From Selaginella moellendorffii (taxonomy: Eukaryota; Plantae; Lycopodiophyta), in contig NW_003314313.1 in assembly GCF_000143415.4 (NCBI RefSeq), forward strand, positions 18,418 to 82,417: 64,000 nucleotides of DNA, written 5' to 3'. Within the stretch, counting starts at the first letter, position 1; each line of letters starts with the position of its first letter. Below are positions 24,339 through 36,310 of this stretch, in pieces. The position numbers were made by a program, and so were the translations under genes. Below the pieces are notes generated by a model. It worked only from the letters and a program-made list of their open reading frames with translations, was not told the DNA's origin and searched no databases.

Positions 24339-26899
24339 GAGCTATTTACTTTTTCTGTACTGCTATTTATATAGCATAGCATGTAATTCCTTTTTAAGAT
24401 CAGAAACTAAGTTAAATTAAAATTTTAGCAGTTAAATAATGGTATTGGGTACTTATTAAAGTTGTCATCATGAATTCAGTTGTCATCATGTCTAGCAAAA
24501 TCTCAGATTACTACTAAATGCATTTAATAATGTAATCACAAAGCTTCAATACAAATTCATTACACATAATTACATTCAAAAATATATCATATTTAACTTA
24601 AGATTTAAGTTGTGAATCCTTATATTAAAAAAATTGCTACATGTTGCATATAGCAATGCTTGGTTTGCTTAATGGTACTTATTAATCCAATTTATCAAAT
24701 AAAGTTTATAATTATAATCATGTTTGTCACAAGATTAATCTTATTGCATATCAACCATTAGATGATAGAATAAAAAGAATATACTAAAAAGGGTTTAAGA
24801 AAGTTTATAAACGATAAACATGTTTATAAATTATAAGTACAAGATTAATCTCAATGAATAACAACTGTTAAATGGTAGAATATCCTGCAATATCCAAGCA
24901 TATTATAGGTATATTCACTACCATACAAGTTTGCTAGACACTTTAGTGTTTTATAGGCTACCAAGTAACATGAATAATTCCATAGTTTAATTAAAATAAA
25001 AAAATATTTATGATTTGCTACAATAAATTTAGCTACTAAATTTTTAAAAAGTTTGATGGATTTTAAATTTTTATATATTATAGCTAATTACAATACTATA
25101 TTATTTATTGGTCACAAAAGCATTTAAAACATATTGTGAGGTCCAAGTATATAACTACAATGCTGTATACTATTTTTAGCATAATGGGATTTTAGTAACC
25201 ATTGGATTAGTTTTAATCTGGACCTCTTGCTCCTGTATATAAATTAAGGTTTTTGAGCTAATTGAATATGCATATTTTTATATTCTATGCAATTACATTG
25301 GTGAAAATGAGTGACGTCTTCAACTATCCCTAAATTCTTAAATTTATGCATTTTTATTTACTAGCTTTTGTATCATCTAAATTTCTCTTATTTTTGTAGT
25401 TTTTGCAAATTTTCATCTTCTTTTTATTCATCTTCATAGAGAGTAACTACCTTCTCCTTCTTTAACTATGGAATAACAATTGGTATAATTATTCAATGTT
25501 ATAAGGTTGTAACTAAACAATTAAACTCAATTGATAGTTGCATGCATAGTGCGACTTATACTCTTGTTGCCAACTCCGACATCTGACCAAAGTTCCTTTA
25601 TAGGATTTCTAGGGATAATATGTACTATTAATTCGATCATTTTATGGTGATTACCAACTATTATTCATGGGATAATGCTTGGCATTTACACAAGTTTTCC
25701 ACATATTTCCAAGGAACGGTATTATATAATAGTTTAAGTGCAACCACTCATGTGAATTAGAGTCTTCTCTCAGATGTTTTTAAATACACATTTGGACATG
25801 CTAATGATTATGATGATGCCTTTCAGTGATTGCATTATCTCCATCAGAGGTTGTCCAAGTCAGTTATGCAATTTAATATTTACTTCTAAATCTTTTTTTT
25901 TTCATGTAGAGCTAAATATATCAGAACAGATCAAGTTAGGAATGTTGTGGCTAATGCTTTGTCAAAATCTTGTAAAACTTATGCATGCACTTGCTTTAGC
26001 AATTGTTGATGATGTTTTTCAACTGGTATAACACTATGATACATCATCTTTCCCACTTGTTATTGCATGTACTTTAGTTTCACTTTCTGTGTTCCAATGA
26101 AGGTTGATGTTGTCGTTGCCCGTGTTCAAGGACAAAGAAAAGGACACAGTCATGGTTGTGATATCTATTATTGGGTGTATAATAAGATTGGCCACACATA
26201 TTAGCGTTATTGGTGTTCTGTAGATTAGCATCCTCCATTTCCTAGATGGAGGTGTTGGCATCAACGCCATCCTGTTGGTGCTATTATAATGGAAGGTCTT
26301 GACATAAAGATTCTTCTAGAAAATACAAATTTTTGTGAGTAGTGGAAAGTTTTTGCATAAATAAGTCAATGACCCATCAAGAGGTTTATTTAGCACCAGT
26401 TCATTTAATGTTTATTTTCTCAACTAATTATTATAAAAAGAAGTTTTCTATTATTCTGAGTAAGGCTTTTTTTACTTGTACTTACGTTCTTGCCTTTGCT
26501 TGCAAAATAGTGATAAATAAATAGAGATAAAAACATAGGAAAGAAAAAAAGAATGAGAAGAGAATAAAAAAGAACTCAGCTTCAAACCTCAAAAGTGTAA
26601 GTAAGGATAAATATATATCACTCTCTTAACCCTACTTTGCACAAATAGTCATAGGCAGGAGAAAAAATGGTTAATTCAATACAAATTTGTATTGACAGTG
26701 AGTGGGGGTTATTTTCTAGCACATCTAAGTGTTACTTATATATTACATGATTTTATAATTATTCCTAATTACTTCACGTTTATTTATGACAAGTGTTGCC
26801 TAGGTTAAATCTTTCTTAAGCTTAGATGTAACTAAATTTCATCTAAGCTTTTTTCTTTTGCTCTACCTGGGATGATATACAAGATAAAACATTTACATC

Positions 26900-27600
26900 T
26901 TTATTATTCCCTATGATAAAGATATTGTCTGTCCTCATGCAGTTGAATTCTCCAAATCTTGCTCCAGGTTACTGAGCTTGGTCTTCATAGTAACAAGCTC
27001 AACGCTTTGGCGTAGATTATTAAGTTCCTGACATATAATCTAATTTTTTTGGTTGAGCATTGTGATGCGTTTATCCTGGTAGCTAATGCACTTTACATCA
27101 GTGGATGTGGATGTGGAAGCTAAAATTGCACTCTTGAGTTCTTAGATTATGTGGCATTGATAATTCTATTTACTTATGACTTTATCCACTTTTTTGGTGA
27201 TTGTCTTGAGGTAGCTCAAGACCTACATGTGGTATTTTGCTGTTTCTTCATCTTTTAAGGGTTGCATTGGCTCATCAACTAGCTATTTGCCTCCTCCCTT
27301 GATATGTTGAGCGAGCTCTTTCATAAAGCTTCGAATTGCTAACTCACTCGACTGACTTGTGATCTTGTGAGCAAAGACGTGACTAGCCTTGACCTTGTAG
27401 TGTTGCTGCAGCATCTATTACTGCTACAGCTGCCTCATCTCGCTAGACTGATCAGCCAAGGGTGTGTCACTATTGGATGCGTAGGTGGACTGGAGAAACT
27501 TTAGCCTATACTCCTTCAATTCATCTAGATCCTCTTTTGTAACTTCATCTTCTTCATCCCATTGAGTTTTTTAGCTATGATCTTCTTGGCATAAACTCAC
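26900..27600 (-). pseudogene. Decayed coiled-coil-like ORF, probably retroelement-derived
   Basis: Reads TQWDEEDEVTKEDLDELKEYRLKFLQSTY...EMRQL*Q**MLQQHYKVK..., with stops mostly at CAG/CAA-to-TAG/TAA positions. Confidence 0.4.
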
Positions 27601-28114
27601 CTCATTAGTTGTGTTTATAGGCAATGGTTTTACGACATCTATAAGCATATCGTATGTTAGACTTTATGGCCTAAGTTGTGGAATTTCTTTCACAACTTTG
27701 GCGTCTATTATTTACTTAGTATTGTCTATTTATGTACTTATCACTTGCCTGATGCTCAGGCAAGTAACCCAAAAGCATTAAGCAAAAACTTGTCATAGGG
27801 AGATAGCACAAACTCCCTAAATAGTTTTACTTGGCTATAATTAAGTTTCTTGTTACTAAATGAGATTTCCTCCACATGTTTGTCTTGTCTAAGCATTTTT
27901 GCCATCTATAAAGATTTATAGGCAAAACACTCGGTATTAAGTGACTAAGAGATTTAAATGTTTTGACTAGTAGGTGTGACTTATGGCATGCTTCTAGTAC
28001 CTTATCTACATAGATACAAATTGTCAACTAACATCTTATCTTTCCTTGAGGAGTAGGTGACATTGCTTTTTGTTCAAGCTTAAAAGGAGGTCTCCATGCC
28101 CTTCAAAATTAAAA

Positions 28115-29645
28115 ATGGATCTTGTCACTATTACTGCTGGCTGCCTCTTAATTCTATTATTTTTATGGAACTCTAGTGCTAAATTTCGTTTGAATCTTCC
28201 ACCGGGCCCATGGGGATTTCCTCTGATTGGCCATCTTCACTTATTTACTGGAGGGAAACCCCAGCACAAAGTGTTTCAAGCACTCTCTGACAAATATGGG
28301 CCCATTGTGTCCTTAAGGTTTGGGATGGTTCCTACTGCTCTCATTTCAAGCTCAAGTTTGATGAGAGAGTTATTCACTACACAAGATAATAATTTCTCTT
28401 CAAAGCCTTACTTAGTTGCGGGTGAATACATTGGCTACAATTTTATGGGATTAGGAACTTGTCCATATGGCGAAGATTATAAAAATTCCCGGAAGCTGTG
28501 TACAATGGAATTATTGACTACTAAGGCTATTGATTCATTTTCCTGGATGAGAAGCAAGGAACTCGCTAGTCTACTTGATGCACTTGTACTTAAATCTGAT
28601 AGTGTAAATGTGAGGAGTATCATATCCACGTTTATATTCAACACTATAACCCAGAATCTGATAAGTAAGAGATATTTTGAATATCACAATGGTCCAATGG
28701 ATCCAGAAACTGTAGAATTCAAGGAGGTGGCTATGCAAGTACTGGATTTCATATTCAAGCCCTCTTTCAGTAATTTTGTTCCTTGGTATTTAAGATGGAT
28801 GGATTGGGAGCTTCCTTACTACAAGCAAGTTCATGCCAGTCAAGACAGATTTATACAGAAAATTGTTGAGGAGCACAAGCATAGCACACGAGAGAACAAG
28901 GATTTCCTCGATATTATGCTCCAGTTTTACGGACCAGAGAAGGAAACTCAAGTGAAAGCAAATCTGATTGTAAGTAAATAGAATCTCTTTATGCTGAAGT
29001 ACTGAAGTTTAATCAATATAGGAGATGATCTCTGCTGGAACTGATGCGACGAGAATTATATGCGAGTGGATGCTGGCTGCGATGATGGAGAATCCCCGAG
29101 TCATGAGAAAGGCTCAAGAGGAGCTCCAACAAGTTGTGGGAGACTCTAGGATGGTCCAAGAGTCCGATCTTCCAAAGCTCGAGTATTTCCAAATGATCAT
29201 CAAGGAAACGTTCCGCCGATATCCTGCCGGTATACTCTTGAGCCCCCGCATTGCGAGCCAAGACACCAAGATTGGAGGCTACGATATCCCCAAAGGAACA
29301 ACGCTACTCCTACATGCATGGGCTCTGGGAATGGATCCCAGCGTGTGGGAGAACCCCACCGAGTTTCTCCCAGAGCGCTTCGTGGGCTCTACTGACGTTA
29401 AAGGCGTCCAGGATTTTAATCTCCTCCCATTTGGCTGTGGACGCCGGAAGTGCCCTGGGATGCCACTGGGATTGAGAACAGTACACTTTCTAGTGGCAAA
29501 CCTTGTGCATGGTTTTGACTGGAGCTACGTTCCAGGGACAGTGCCATCCATGGAAGAAACTCCCACTGGAGCTTGTCAGCTTAAAACCCCTCTAGAGGCC
29601 GTGGCCACTATGCGTCTGCCTAAACATGCATATACCCTGGTCTAA
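28115..29645 (+). CDS. Cytochrome P450, CYP71 clan (exons 28115-28969, 29022-29645; 492 aa)
   Basis: Membrane anchor, LPPGPWGFPLIGHLHL, single phase-0 intron before the I-helix, AGTDAT, ETFR, PERF, heme motif FGCGRRKCPG. Confidence 0.96.
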
Positions 29646-29840
29646 AGGTGTATATTGTATAATAACAGATGCTAATTTAAATAAAGTTTATATTTACAAT
29701 GGTAAAAGGCTTTGAAACTTTACTAAGTGGAAAGAAATAAGTCACACAGAAATCATAAAGTCAAAAAGCTTTATTCAAAGTCATGATCCTAGAAATACTT
29801 TTGTGATCATTCAATCAAGCCGTGCTAAGATAATAGTACA

Positions 29841-31553
29841 TTAAGCGAAACCTCTGCCACCTTTTGATTCCGAAGAGCAAACATTTGCGAGCATGATATA
29901 CGAGAAAGCTCTCTCGGGTTTCAACCACGCAAACTCCTGCGCTGCCCGCGACGCAGTGCTTAGATCCCAGTGCGTCCGACAAGCCCCCAGCAAGCTCCCC
30001 CACGCCCCCTCGCTCCTCGTCCGCGGCATCTTGCCCAGCATCTCCTCGGCATCCTCCAGCTTCCCGGCCCTCGCAAGCACGTCCACCATGCAACCGCAGT
30101 GATCGGCCGTGAGATTCAACCCGTGGTCGCGGGTGATCGACTCGAAGTACTGCCACCCTCGATCCACACACCCAATCCGGCTACACGCGACGAGAACGTT
30201 AACGAAGGCGATCTCGTCCTGTTTGATCCCTTCCAAAGCCATGGCGTGGAAGAGCTCTAGCGCCTCTCGTCCCTGTCCAAAGTGAGCAAACCCCGCCACC
30301 ATGGAGTTCCACGAGAGCATCGTTCGCTGCGGCATCTTGTCAAACATCGACTTTGCCTGCTCGAGCTGCCCATTGTGAGTGTTTCCCGCGATCATCGAGT
30401 TCCACGACACCGAGTTCTTCCCGGCCATCTTGCCAAAGAGATCCATCGCCGCTTCCACCCTGCCGTTTTGCGCAGTCCCTGCCGCGATCGCGTTCCAGGC
30501 GATGGAAGTCCACTGCGGCATCCTCTCGAAAACCCGGTTGGCTTCGTCCAGAAGCCCGTTCTGCGCGAAAGCCGCGATCAAGCCTGACCACGACGCGTCG
30601 TTCCTGCCTGGGAGATTGTCGAAAGTCTCTCGAGCCATGTCGATGCAGCCGTTCTGACCGTAGGCCGTGATCATCGAGTTCCACGAGACGGCTGTCCTCT
30701 CTTGCATCCGATCGAACACTGCCTTGGCCTGATCCAGATACCCATTCTGCGCATTCGCTGCCAGCATCGAGTTGAGCGTCACAACGTTCCACTGCGGCAT
30801 CCGGTGGAAAACCTCCTGGGCCTCGTCAACTTTCCCCTGGTTTGCGAGAGCCCCCAGCATCTCCGTCCAGGAGAAAACGTTCCTCTCGGGTGAGCTATCA
30901 AACGTCCTCTTGGCCTCCACAAACTGGCCATTCTCGGCAAACACCTGGAGTATCGTCGAGCACGAGACAACGTCCCACTCGGGCATCCGATCGAAGAGAG
31001 CCTTGGCCTTCTCCAGGAGATCATTCTGCGCGTAGCCAGCCACCATGATGTTCCAAGCCACCGAGTTCCTCTCCGGCATCTCTTCGAAGAAAAACTCCGC
31101 CTGGTCCATATACCCCCTCTGGGCATACCCCGCCAACATCACCCCCCACAGCACGATATCCCACTCGGGCATCCTCTCGAACAGCCTCTTGGCCTCCTCC
31201 ATGTCTCCGTGCCTGGCATTCCCCTGGACCATGCTCGTCCAGCTGACCAAGTTCTTGAGCGGTGCTCTGGCGAAGATCTTCCTGGCCTCCTGGAGCTGGC
31301 CATTGGAAATGTAAGCCGAAGTTATACTCCCCCAAGAGTAGACACAGGGATCACGGATGCTGTCGAAGATCGAACGTGCCTGGACGAGTTCTCCCAGCCT
31401 GCCGTACATGTGAATCAAGAGGTTCCCAAAGAAGCGAACCTGGGAGAAGCCACTGGCGAGAACCTGGTCGTGGAGCTTCTTGGCTTCCACGCCCTCCTTG
31501 CACGACCGAATACTTTCGATCAGCTTGCTCCTCGGCACGACGCTAGAGACCAT
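29841..31553 (-). CDS. PLS-class PPR protein with E domain
   Basis: Tandem SWNSMIxAYxQNG...AKxxFDxMP repeats; ACSRIG...CMVDVLARAG...WGSLLGACRTH...SYIMLAN. Confidence 0.95.
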   Translation of the reverse strand: MVSSVVPRSKLIESIRSCKEGVEAKKLHDQVLASGFSQVRFFGNLLIHMYGRLGELVQARSIFDSIRDPCVYSWGSITSAYISNGQLQEARKIFARAPLKNLVSWTSMVQGNARHGDMEEAKRLFERMPEWDIVLWGVMLAGYAQRGYMDQAEFFFEEMPERNSVAWNIMVAGYAQNDLLEKAKALFDRMPEWDVVSCSTILQVFAENGQFVEAKRTFDSSPERNVFSWTEMLGALANQGKVDEAQEVFHRMPQWNVVTLNSMLAANAQNGYLDQAKAVFDRMQERTAVSWNSMITAYGQNGCIDMARETFDNLPGRNDASWSGLIAAFAQNGLLDEANRVFERMPQWTSIAWNAIAAGTAQNGRVEAAMDLFGKMAGKNSVSWNSMIAGNTHNGQLEQAKSMFDKMPQRTMLSWNSMVAGFAHFGQGREALELFHAMALEGIKQDEIAFVNVLVACSRIGCVDRGWQYFESITRDHGLNLTADHCGCMVDVLARAGKLEDAEEMLGKMPRTRSEGAWGSLLGACRTHWDLSTASRAAQEFAWLKPERAFSYIMLANVCSSESKGGRGFA

Positions 31554-31728
31554 CTACGAAACTGAAACATGCTTGAAACAACATTAAAAGGAAGAAAAAA
31601 AAAAACAAAGAATCACACACCATGCCTGTCCTTCCTAAAGCTACGAAAGAAGGAAAAATAAATATAACAGAATCTGTGTTACCTCTTTCTTCTTGTCTTT
31701 GCTCCACGAATTTTTTCTCGCGCGAAAT

Positions 31729-33129
31729 CTAGTGACCCCGTGCCTTGAGCAGCTCCTGCTGGTGGCGGCATAGATCCTGCAACAGCCGAACTCGCTGCTC
31801 CATCACTCTAAGCTCGTCCTCCTGTTGCTTGAGCCAGTGTTCCTTGAGTTTCATGGCAGCCGGGCTCGATCCATCCCACGGGCCTCCAATCCATCCCGTT
31901 CCAATGCCTCCCAGCATCTCCATGCCAAAAAAGGGAGTGGCGCTGCCCCGGGCCATGGAGAAAGTCAGCCACTCGTTAAGCCACTCCGCTTTCCCCCCGG
32001 CACCTTTCACTGCCTCCTGGACCATCCCCTGGCTCCTCGCATGGAAGTCGTTCATGATCTCGTCGATCTTGCCTTGCATCTCCGAGAGAGCCGCGTTGCT
32101 CTTCTTTTGCAGCTCGTTCATAGCCGCCACCGTGAGATTCCTCTCGGCTTGGGGCGGCGGCGGGCTCTGCGGCTGCTGCTGCTGCTGTCGTTGCTCGCCG
32201 ACGCTCCCGTTCTGCTTTGGCTCTTGCCTTGCAGCAGCAGCAGGAGGCTTCGGCTTCTTGGACGTGGACGCAACGTCTTTCTTGGTGTCATCTTCGCTGC
32301 TCTTGAGAGGTGGCGGAGTTCTCGTCTTCTTGTTCGCGTCTGGCTTCACAGCCGATGGTGGCTCTGACTCCTCCTGCTCCTGCATGTCGTATATCTCCTT
32401 CCAGAGCTTGTACACCTTCTCTTCTCCCGGATTCTTGAACTTCAAAGCAGTAATCCCCTCGCTCCTCTCCTTCTTAACCATCTCGTCGTACCGCATCTTT
32501 ATCCGCCTGTACTTGTCGTAGAGCTGCTCCTTGGACCAGTCCGTGATGAACTTACTCCGGCAAGCCTCGAGAAGATCACCCCAGTAGTGATAGTTGTCAC
32601 CCCGGGAGCCTCGTTTGGGTGGTCGGATCCCCGTCTTCATGTCGCTCAAGATCCGGGAAATGAGCTCGATCTCGTCCTCGCTCGACCAATTCTGTGGAGT
32701 CTTTTTCGGCGTTGGCTCCTTCTCTGGCTCTTTCTTCTTGGCCTGCGCTTCTCCCGGCTTCTTGGGCAGTGGATCCACGGGCTTCTTGACGGGAGGAGTC
32801 TTCGCAGTCGCCACGGTCCTGTTCGCCGGCAGAGTTTTAATCTGGGAGTCACACTTCGTGGGTATAGTCGGCCTCACTCCTCCTCCTCCCAGAGTTTTCA
32901 ACTTCTTGGCCGCCGGCTCCACAGCGGCTAGATCCTCGCGAGTTCTCTTGTCGCCAGGATCATTCTTCTGGACCATGTACCGCGATTCGGTCTCCTCGGT
33001 CTCGTCCCCAGAGTCGGACTCGGACGAACCCTCCGAGCGGGACGACATCTCGTCGGGCTTCTGGTCCTCCTCCGAGTCAGTCCCACTGCCCTCGTTGGAC
33101 GAATCATCCGAGTCAGCGTGACGAGACAT
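31729..33129 (-). CDS. GeBP/STOREKEEPER-like (DUF573) DNA-binding protein
   Basis: NWSSEDEIELISRIL...WSKEQLYDKYRRIKMRY...EEKVYKLWKEIY, acidic N-terminus and C-terminal coiled coil. The ATG at 33129 follows a 5'-UTR intron acceptor (ttattag|tgtcATG). Confidence 0.82.
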   Translation of the reverse strand: MSRHADSDDSSNEGSGTDSEEDQKPDEMSSRSEGSSESDSGDETEETESRYMVQKNDPGDKRTREDLAAVEPAAKKLKTLGGGGVRPTIPTKCDSQIKTLPANRTVATAKTPPVKKPVDPLPKKPGEAQAKKKEPEKEPTPKKTPQNWSSEDEIELISRILSDMKTGIRPPKRGSRGDNYHYWGDLLEACRSKFITDWSKEQLYDKYRRIKMRYDEMVKKERSEGITALKFKNPGEEKVYKLWKEIYDMQEQEESEPPSAVKPDANKKTRTPPPLKSSEDDTKKDVASTSKKPKPPAAAARQEPKQNGSVGEQRQQQQQPQSPPPPQAERNLTVAAMNELQKKSNAALSEMQGKIDEIMNDFHARSQGMVQEAVKGAGGKAEWLNEWLTFSMARGSATPFFGMEMLGGIGTGWIGGPWDGSSPAAMKLKEHWLKQQEDELRVMEQRVRLLQDLCRHQQELLKARGH

Positions 33130-33662
33130 GACACTAATAAGAGAACCAAAACGAGAGAAAACACACGTATCAACACCAAAACTCACTTAAAGTAACCAAC
33201 CGCTTACCTGAGTAGCTCTTTGTGAATGTCTGTTTGGAGCGATCACTGCCAAAGCAAGAAAATGGTGTGATTCCTCGGATCCTTAGAGGGAGAACTCTAC
33301 CTGCGAGTGGACGAAATCCGGGCTCCCCGAGCGCGTAAACCCTAATCCGCCACTCAATCAGCTCGAATCGCGCCCCAAGATGCTAGCAAGCAAGCGCGAG
33401 CACGGATTATCATTCCCGCGCCACGGCCGTGCCGCAAAATCGTCACTCACCTCTAGCGCGCCGTGCCGTGCCGCCGAGCCCTCGGCCACAAATCAAAGCG
33501 AGAAAATAAAACCTCTCCCTTTCCGCCATACACAGTAGGAGCCGCGCGGCGCGGCACCGTCGATTCGGAATCTCTGGGAATTTACCCAACGGCCAGGATA
33601 AATTAAAGCAACCATTGATTGATGATAGGAGCTTTACAAATATAACTTTTCCCTCTAAACAG

Positions 33663-34124
33663 CTAAACAGAGGATCCGGGCGCGGTGGAAGAAATCCTGG
33701 GTCGATTTGGCAGAAGCTTGAAGAAAAGGAATCCGATACACAATCCTACCATGACCGCGATGAAGATCCCAGCGTTGAAAGTCATCACCATCATCATCAG
33801 CAAGTAGCTCGTGATCACATAGGCGCCGTGGATCACCACCGCGAGCACGATCGCCACGATAGACTTGGGAGGATTTCTGGCCGGATCCTCGTCGCTGCTG
33901 GCTCCCTTCTCCAAATCCGGCGCGGAATAGGCGTTGGGCGAGGGCGAGGGGGCGAGGATGGTCGAGCGCTTGGCGGCGATCCATTCGTGGGCAATCGCGA
34001 ACACCACGGCGAAGATGAGCGTGAGCGCGTAGAGGAGTGGAGTGTCGGGCACCCAGCCGGGGAAGAGGAGCGTGAATTTGATGTGCCAGAAGAAGCTCAT
34101 GGGCGCCATCGCCATATGATCCAT
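33663..34124 (-). CDS. COPT: Ctr/COPT copper transporter (153 aa)
   Basis: N-terminal MDHMAMAPMSFFW, LLFPGW, TM2 YLLMMMVMTFN (MxxxM), TM3 GLCIG (GxxxG). TATAAAA at ~34162-34168 on the minus strand. Confidence 0.95.
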   Translation of the reverse strand: MDHMAMAPMSFFWHIKFTLLFPGWVPDTPLLYALTLIFAVVFAIAHEWIAAKRSTILAPSPSPNAYSAPDLEKGASSDEDPARNPPKSIVAIVLAVVIHGAYVITSYLLMMMVMTFNAGIFIAVMVGLCIGFLFFKLLPNRPRISSTAPGSSV

Positions 34125-34228
34125 GCTTTTCCTTTCTCTCTTCTCTCCCTCAAGAACACCTATTTTATAGCTAACCCAACCTTTTCTTGCCTTGTGGAGA
34201 AATTCCTTTCCAAGGACAAGGATATGGT

Positions 34229-34338
34229 CCACGTGGTCCACAACCTTTAAGCTTTGTACGGCAAGTAGGTCGTACGGTTAAAAATAACTACTTTGTACGG
34301 TAGTTAGATTGTACGGTCGAAACGACTACTTTGTACGG
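34229..34338. promoter_or_regulatory. Copper-response/SBP-box element cluster (5x GTACGG) plus G-box
   Basis: GTAC cores at 34256, 34272, 34295, 34311 and 34333, four of them as TTGTACGG. CCACGTGG at 34229-34236. Confidence 0.85.
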
Positions 34339-34339
34339 T

Positions 34340-36310
34340 ATGTGGAACCCGGAGAAGGAGGTTTTGATTAGGGCTCTTCGCGAATGCAGCGCTGCGAGGG
34401 ATGTGGGCGAGGGCGCGCGCCTCCACTGGCGCATCCGATCCAGCGCGCTGCTCAGCGGCGATCCCTTGCTCGGCAATCTCCTCGTCGACATGTATGGCAA
34501 ATGCGGCGGCGCCGACGCCGCACGGGGCGTCTTCGATTCCATGCCGCGCAGGAACCTCTTCTCGTGGACGATCATGCTGGCGAGCTATTGCCACAACAGG
34601 TGCGTGGATCAGGCCAGGGATATTTCCCGCAGGATGCCCTTCCACGATCCAATCGCTTGCAACGCGCTCCTATCGGCCTATACCCACAAGGGGCACCTGG
34701 AAGAAGCAAAGTCTCTCTTTGATGAGATGGAGTCTCGCGATGTTATTACCTGGAGCGCCATGGTGCAAGGATTTCAAGAGAATGGGAAGCTTGACGAAGC
34801 GGCCGTGGTGTTTGAGAGATCCCCCTGGCGAAACGTTGTGACTTGGAACTCCATGCTAGCTGCAAATGCCCAGTCCGGCGATTTCGAGTCCTGCAAAGAG
34901 TTTTTTGATGGCATGCCAGAGCGAAGCGTGGTAAGCTGGACGACGGTGGTTTCATCCTCGGCCGAGTTCGTGAGCTCCGAAAAGGTGGTGAGTTTTTTCC
35001 AGAAAATGCCAATGCATGATGCTATTTCGTTTAACTCGCTCGTTGCTGTTCTGGGCCAGAATGGGGAACTCGCTGCCGCCGAGAGCCTCTTCCGCGATCT
35101 CCCGGAGCGAAACGTGGTGACTTGGAACTCATTGGTGGCTGCCTGCGCTCAAGGTGGCGACATCGCGAAAGCACAGTGTGCCTTCGACAAAATGCCGCAG
35201 TGGAATGTGGTCTCATGGACGACTCTCTGCCAGGCTCACTCGGACTGCGAGGACTTCGAACAGGCCAAACTTGTTTTTGATTCCTCCTATGCTCACAATG
35301 CTCGTTTGTTCACTGCAGTGATCTCGGCCTCACAGAAGGGCCACCTTTTGGAAGCAAAAGAGGCCTTTGACAAGATGCCCGAGCAAGACGTGGTCTCCTC
35401 CACGGCTCTCATGGTGGCTTTCTCGCGAAATGGAGAGGTCGAACAGGCCAAGTCAATGTTTGATACTATGCCGGAGAGAAACGTTATCTCGTGGACGGCT
35501 TTGGTCCAAGCTTACGCTCAGCTTGGCGATCTCCAGCAAGGTAAGCAAGCCTTCGATCGAATGCCGATGACCAACGTTCTCTCGTGGAATTCCATGATCT
35601 CGGTGTGCGACCAGAGTGGAAATCTCGTCCAAGCTCAGGAGCTCTTTGATGCAATGCCCGAGAGGGATCTAGCGTCCTGGAATGCGATCGTGGTGGCTAA
35701 CCACAGACACGGAACAACCAACGAGGTGAAGGCTTTGATAGAACAGATGCCAAATCCATCGTCTGTGTTGTGGACTTTGGTTGCAGCACACGCTCAGCAG
35801 GGAGATCTCGACGAAGCAAGAAGAGTTTTCCACAAGATCTCGAGGCCAGATGCTTACTGCTGGAACGTCATGCTCGCTGCTTATGTCAATGGAGCGCGGG
35901 GAGCCTGCGCGATCGAGCTTTTCCGTGAGATGGATCTGGAAGGTGTGAAGCAAGAGGAAGGATCTTACTTGCACGTCTTAACAGCGTGCAGCCATGCAGG
36001 AATGGTGGAAGATGGTGTGAGATACTTTGTGTCCATGGCTGAGGACTATGGTTTGAGGCCAGAGAAGGAACACTTTGGAGCGATGATCGATTTGCTTGGA
36101 AGAACGGGGAGATTGAAAGAGGCCGAGGACGTCGCGAGAGACATGCCTTCACCAGCCAGTGAAGTTGTGTGGGGGATTTTGCTGGGAGCTTGTAAAACTC
36201 ACGACGATTTCGAGAGGGGGACTAGAGCTGGAGAGAGGGCCTTACACTCAACGTCGTCGACAATAACTTCTTCCTATGTTTTGCTCTCAAACATTTGTTC
36301 ATCACTGTAG
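34340..36310 (+). CDS. PLS-class PPR protein with E domain
   Basis: ATG at 34340 (MWNPEKEVLIRALREC...), LGNLLVDMYGKCG, many short repeats, ACSHAG...MIDLLGRTG...WGILLGACKTH...SYVLLSN. Confidence 0.94.
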   Translation: MWNPEKEVLIRALRECSAARDVGEGARLHWRIRSSALLSGDPLLGNLLVDMYGKCGGADAARGVFDSMPRRNLFSWTIMLASYCHNRCVDQARDISRRMPFHDPIACNALLSAYTHKGHLEEAKSLFDEMESRDVITWSAMVQGFQENGKLDEAAVVFERSPWRNVVTWNSMLAANAQSGDFESCKEFFDGMPERSVVSWTTVVSSSAEFVSSEKVVSFFQKMPMHDAISFNSLVAVLGQNGELAAAESLFRDLPERNVVTWNSLVAACAQGGDIAKAQCAFDKMPQWNVVSWTTLCQAHSDCEDFEQAKLVFDSSYAHNARLFTAVISASQKGHLLEAKEAFDKMPEQDVVSSTALMVAFSRNGEVEQAKSMFDTMPERNVISWTALVQAYAQLGDLQQGKQAFDRMPMTNVLSWNSMISVCDQSGNLVQAQELFDAMPERDLASWNAIVVANHRHGTTNEVKALIEQMPNPSSVLWTLVAAHAQQGDLDEARRVFHKISRPDAYCWNVMLAAYVNGARGACAIELFREMDLEGVKQEEGSYLHVLTACSHAGMVEDGVRYFVSMAEDYGLRPEKEHFGAMIDLLGRTGRLKEAEDVARDMPSPASEVVWGILLGACKTHDDFERGTRAGERALHSTSSTITSSYVLLSNICSSL

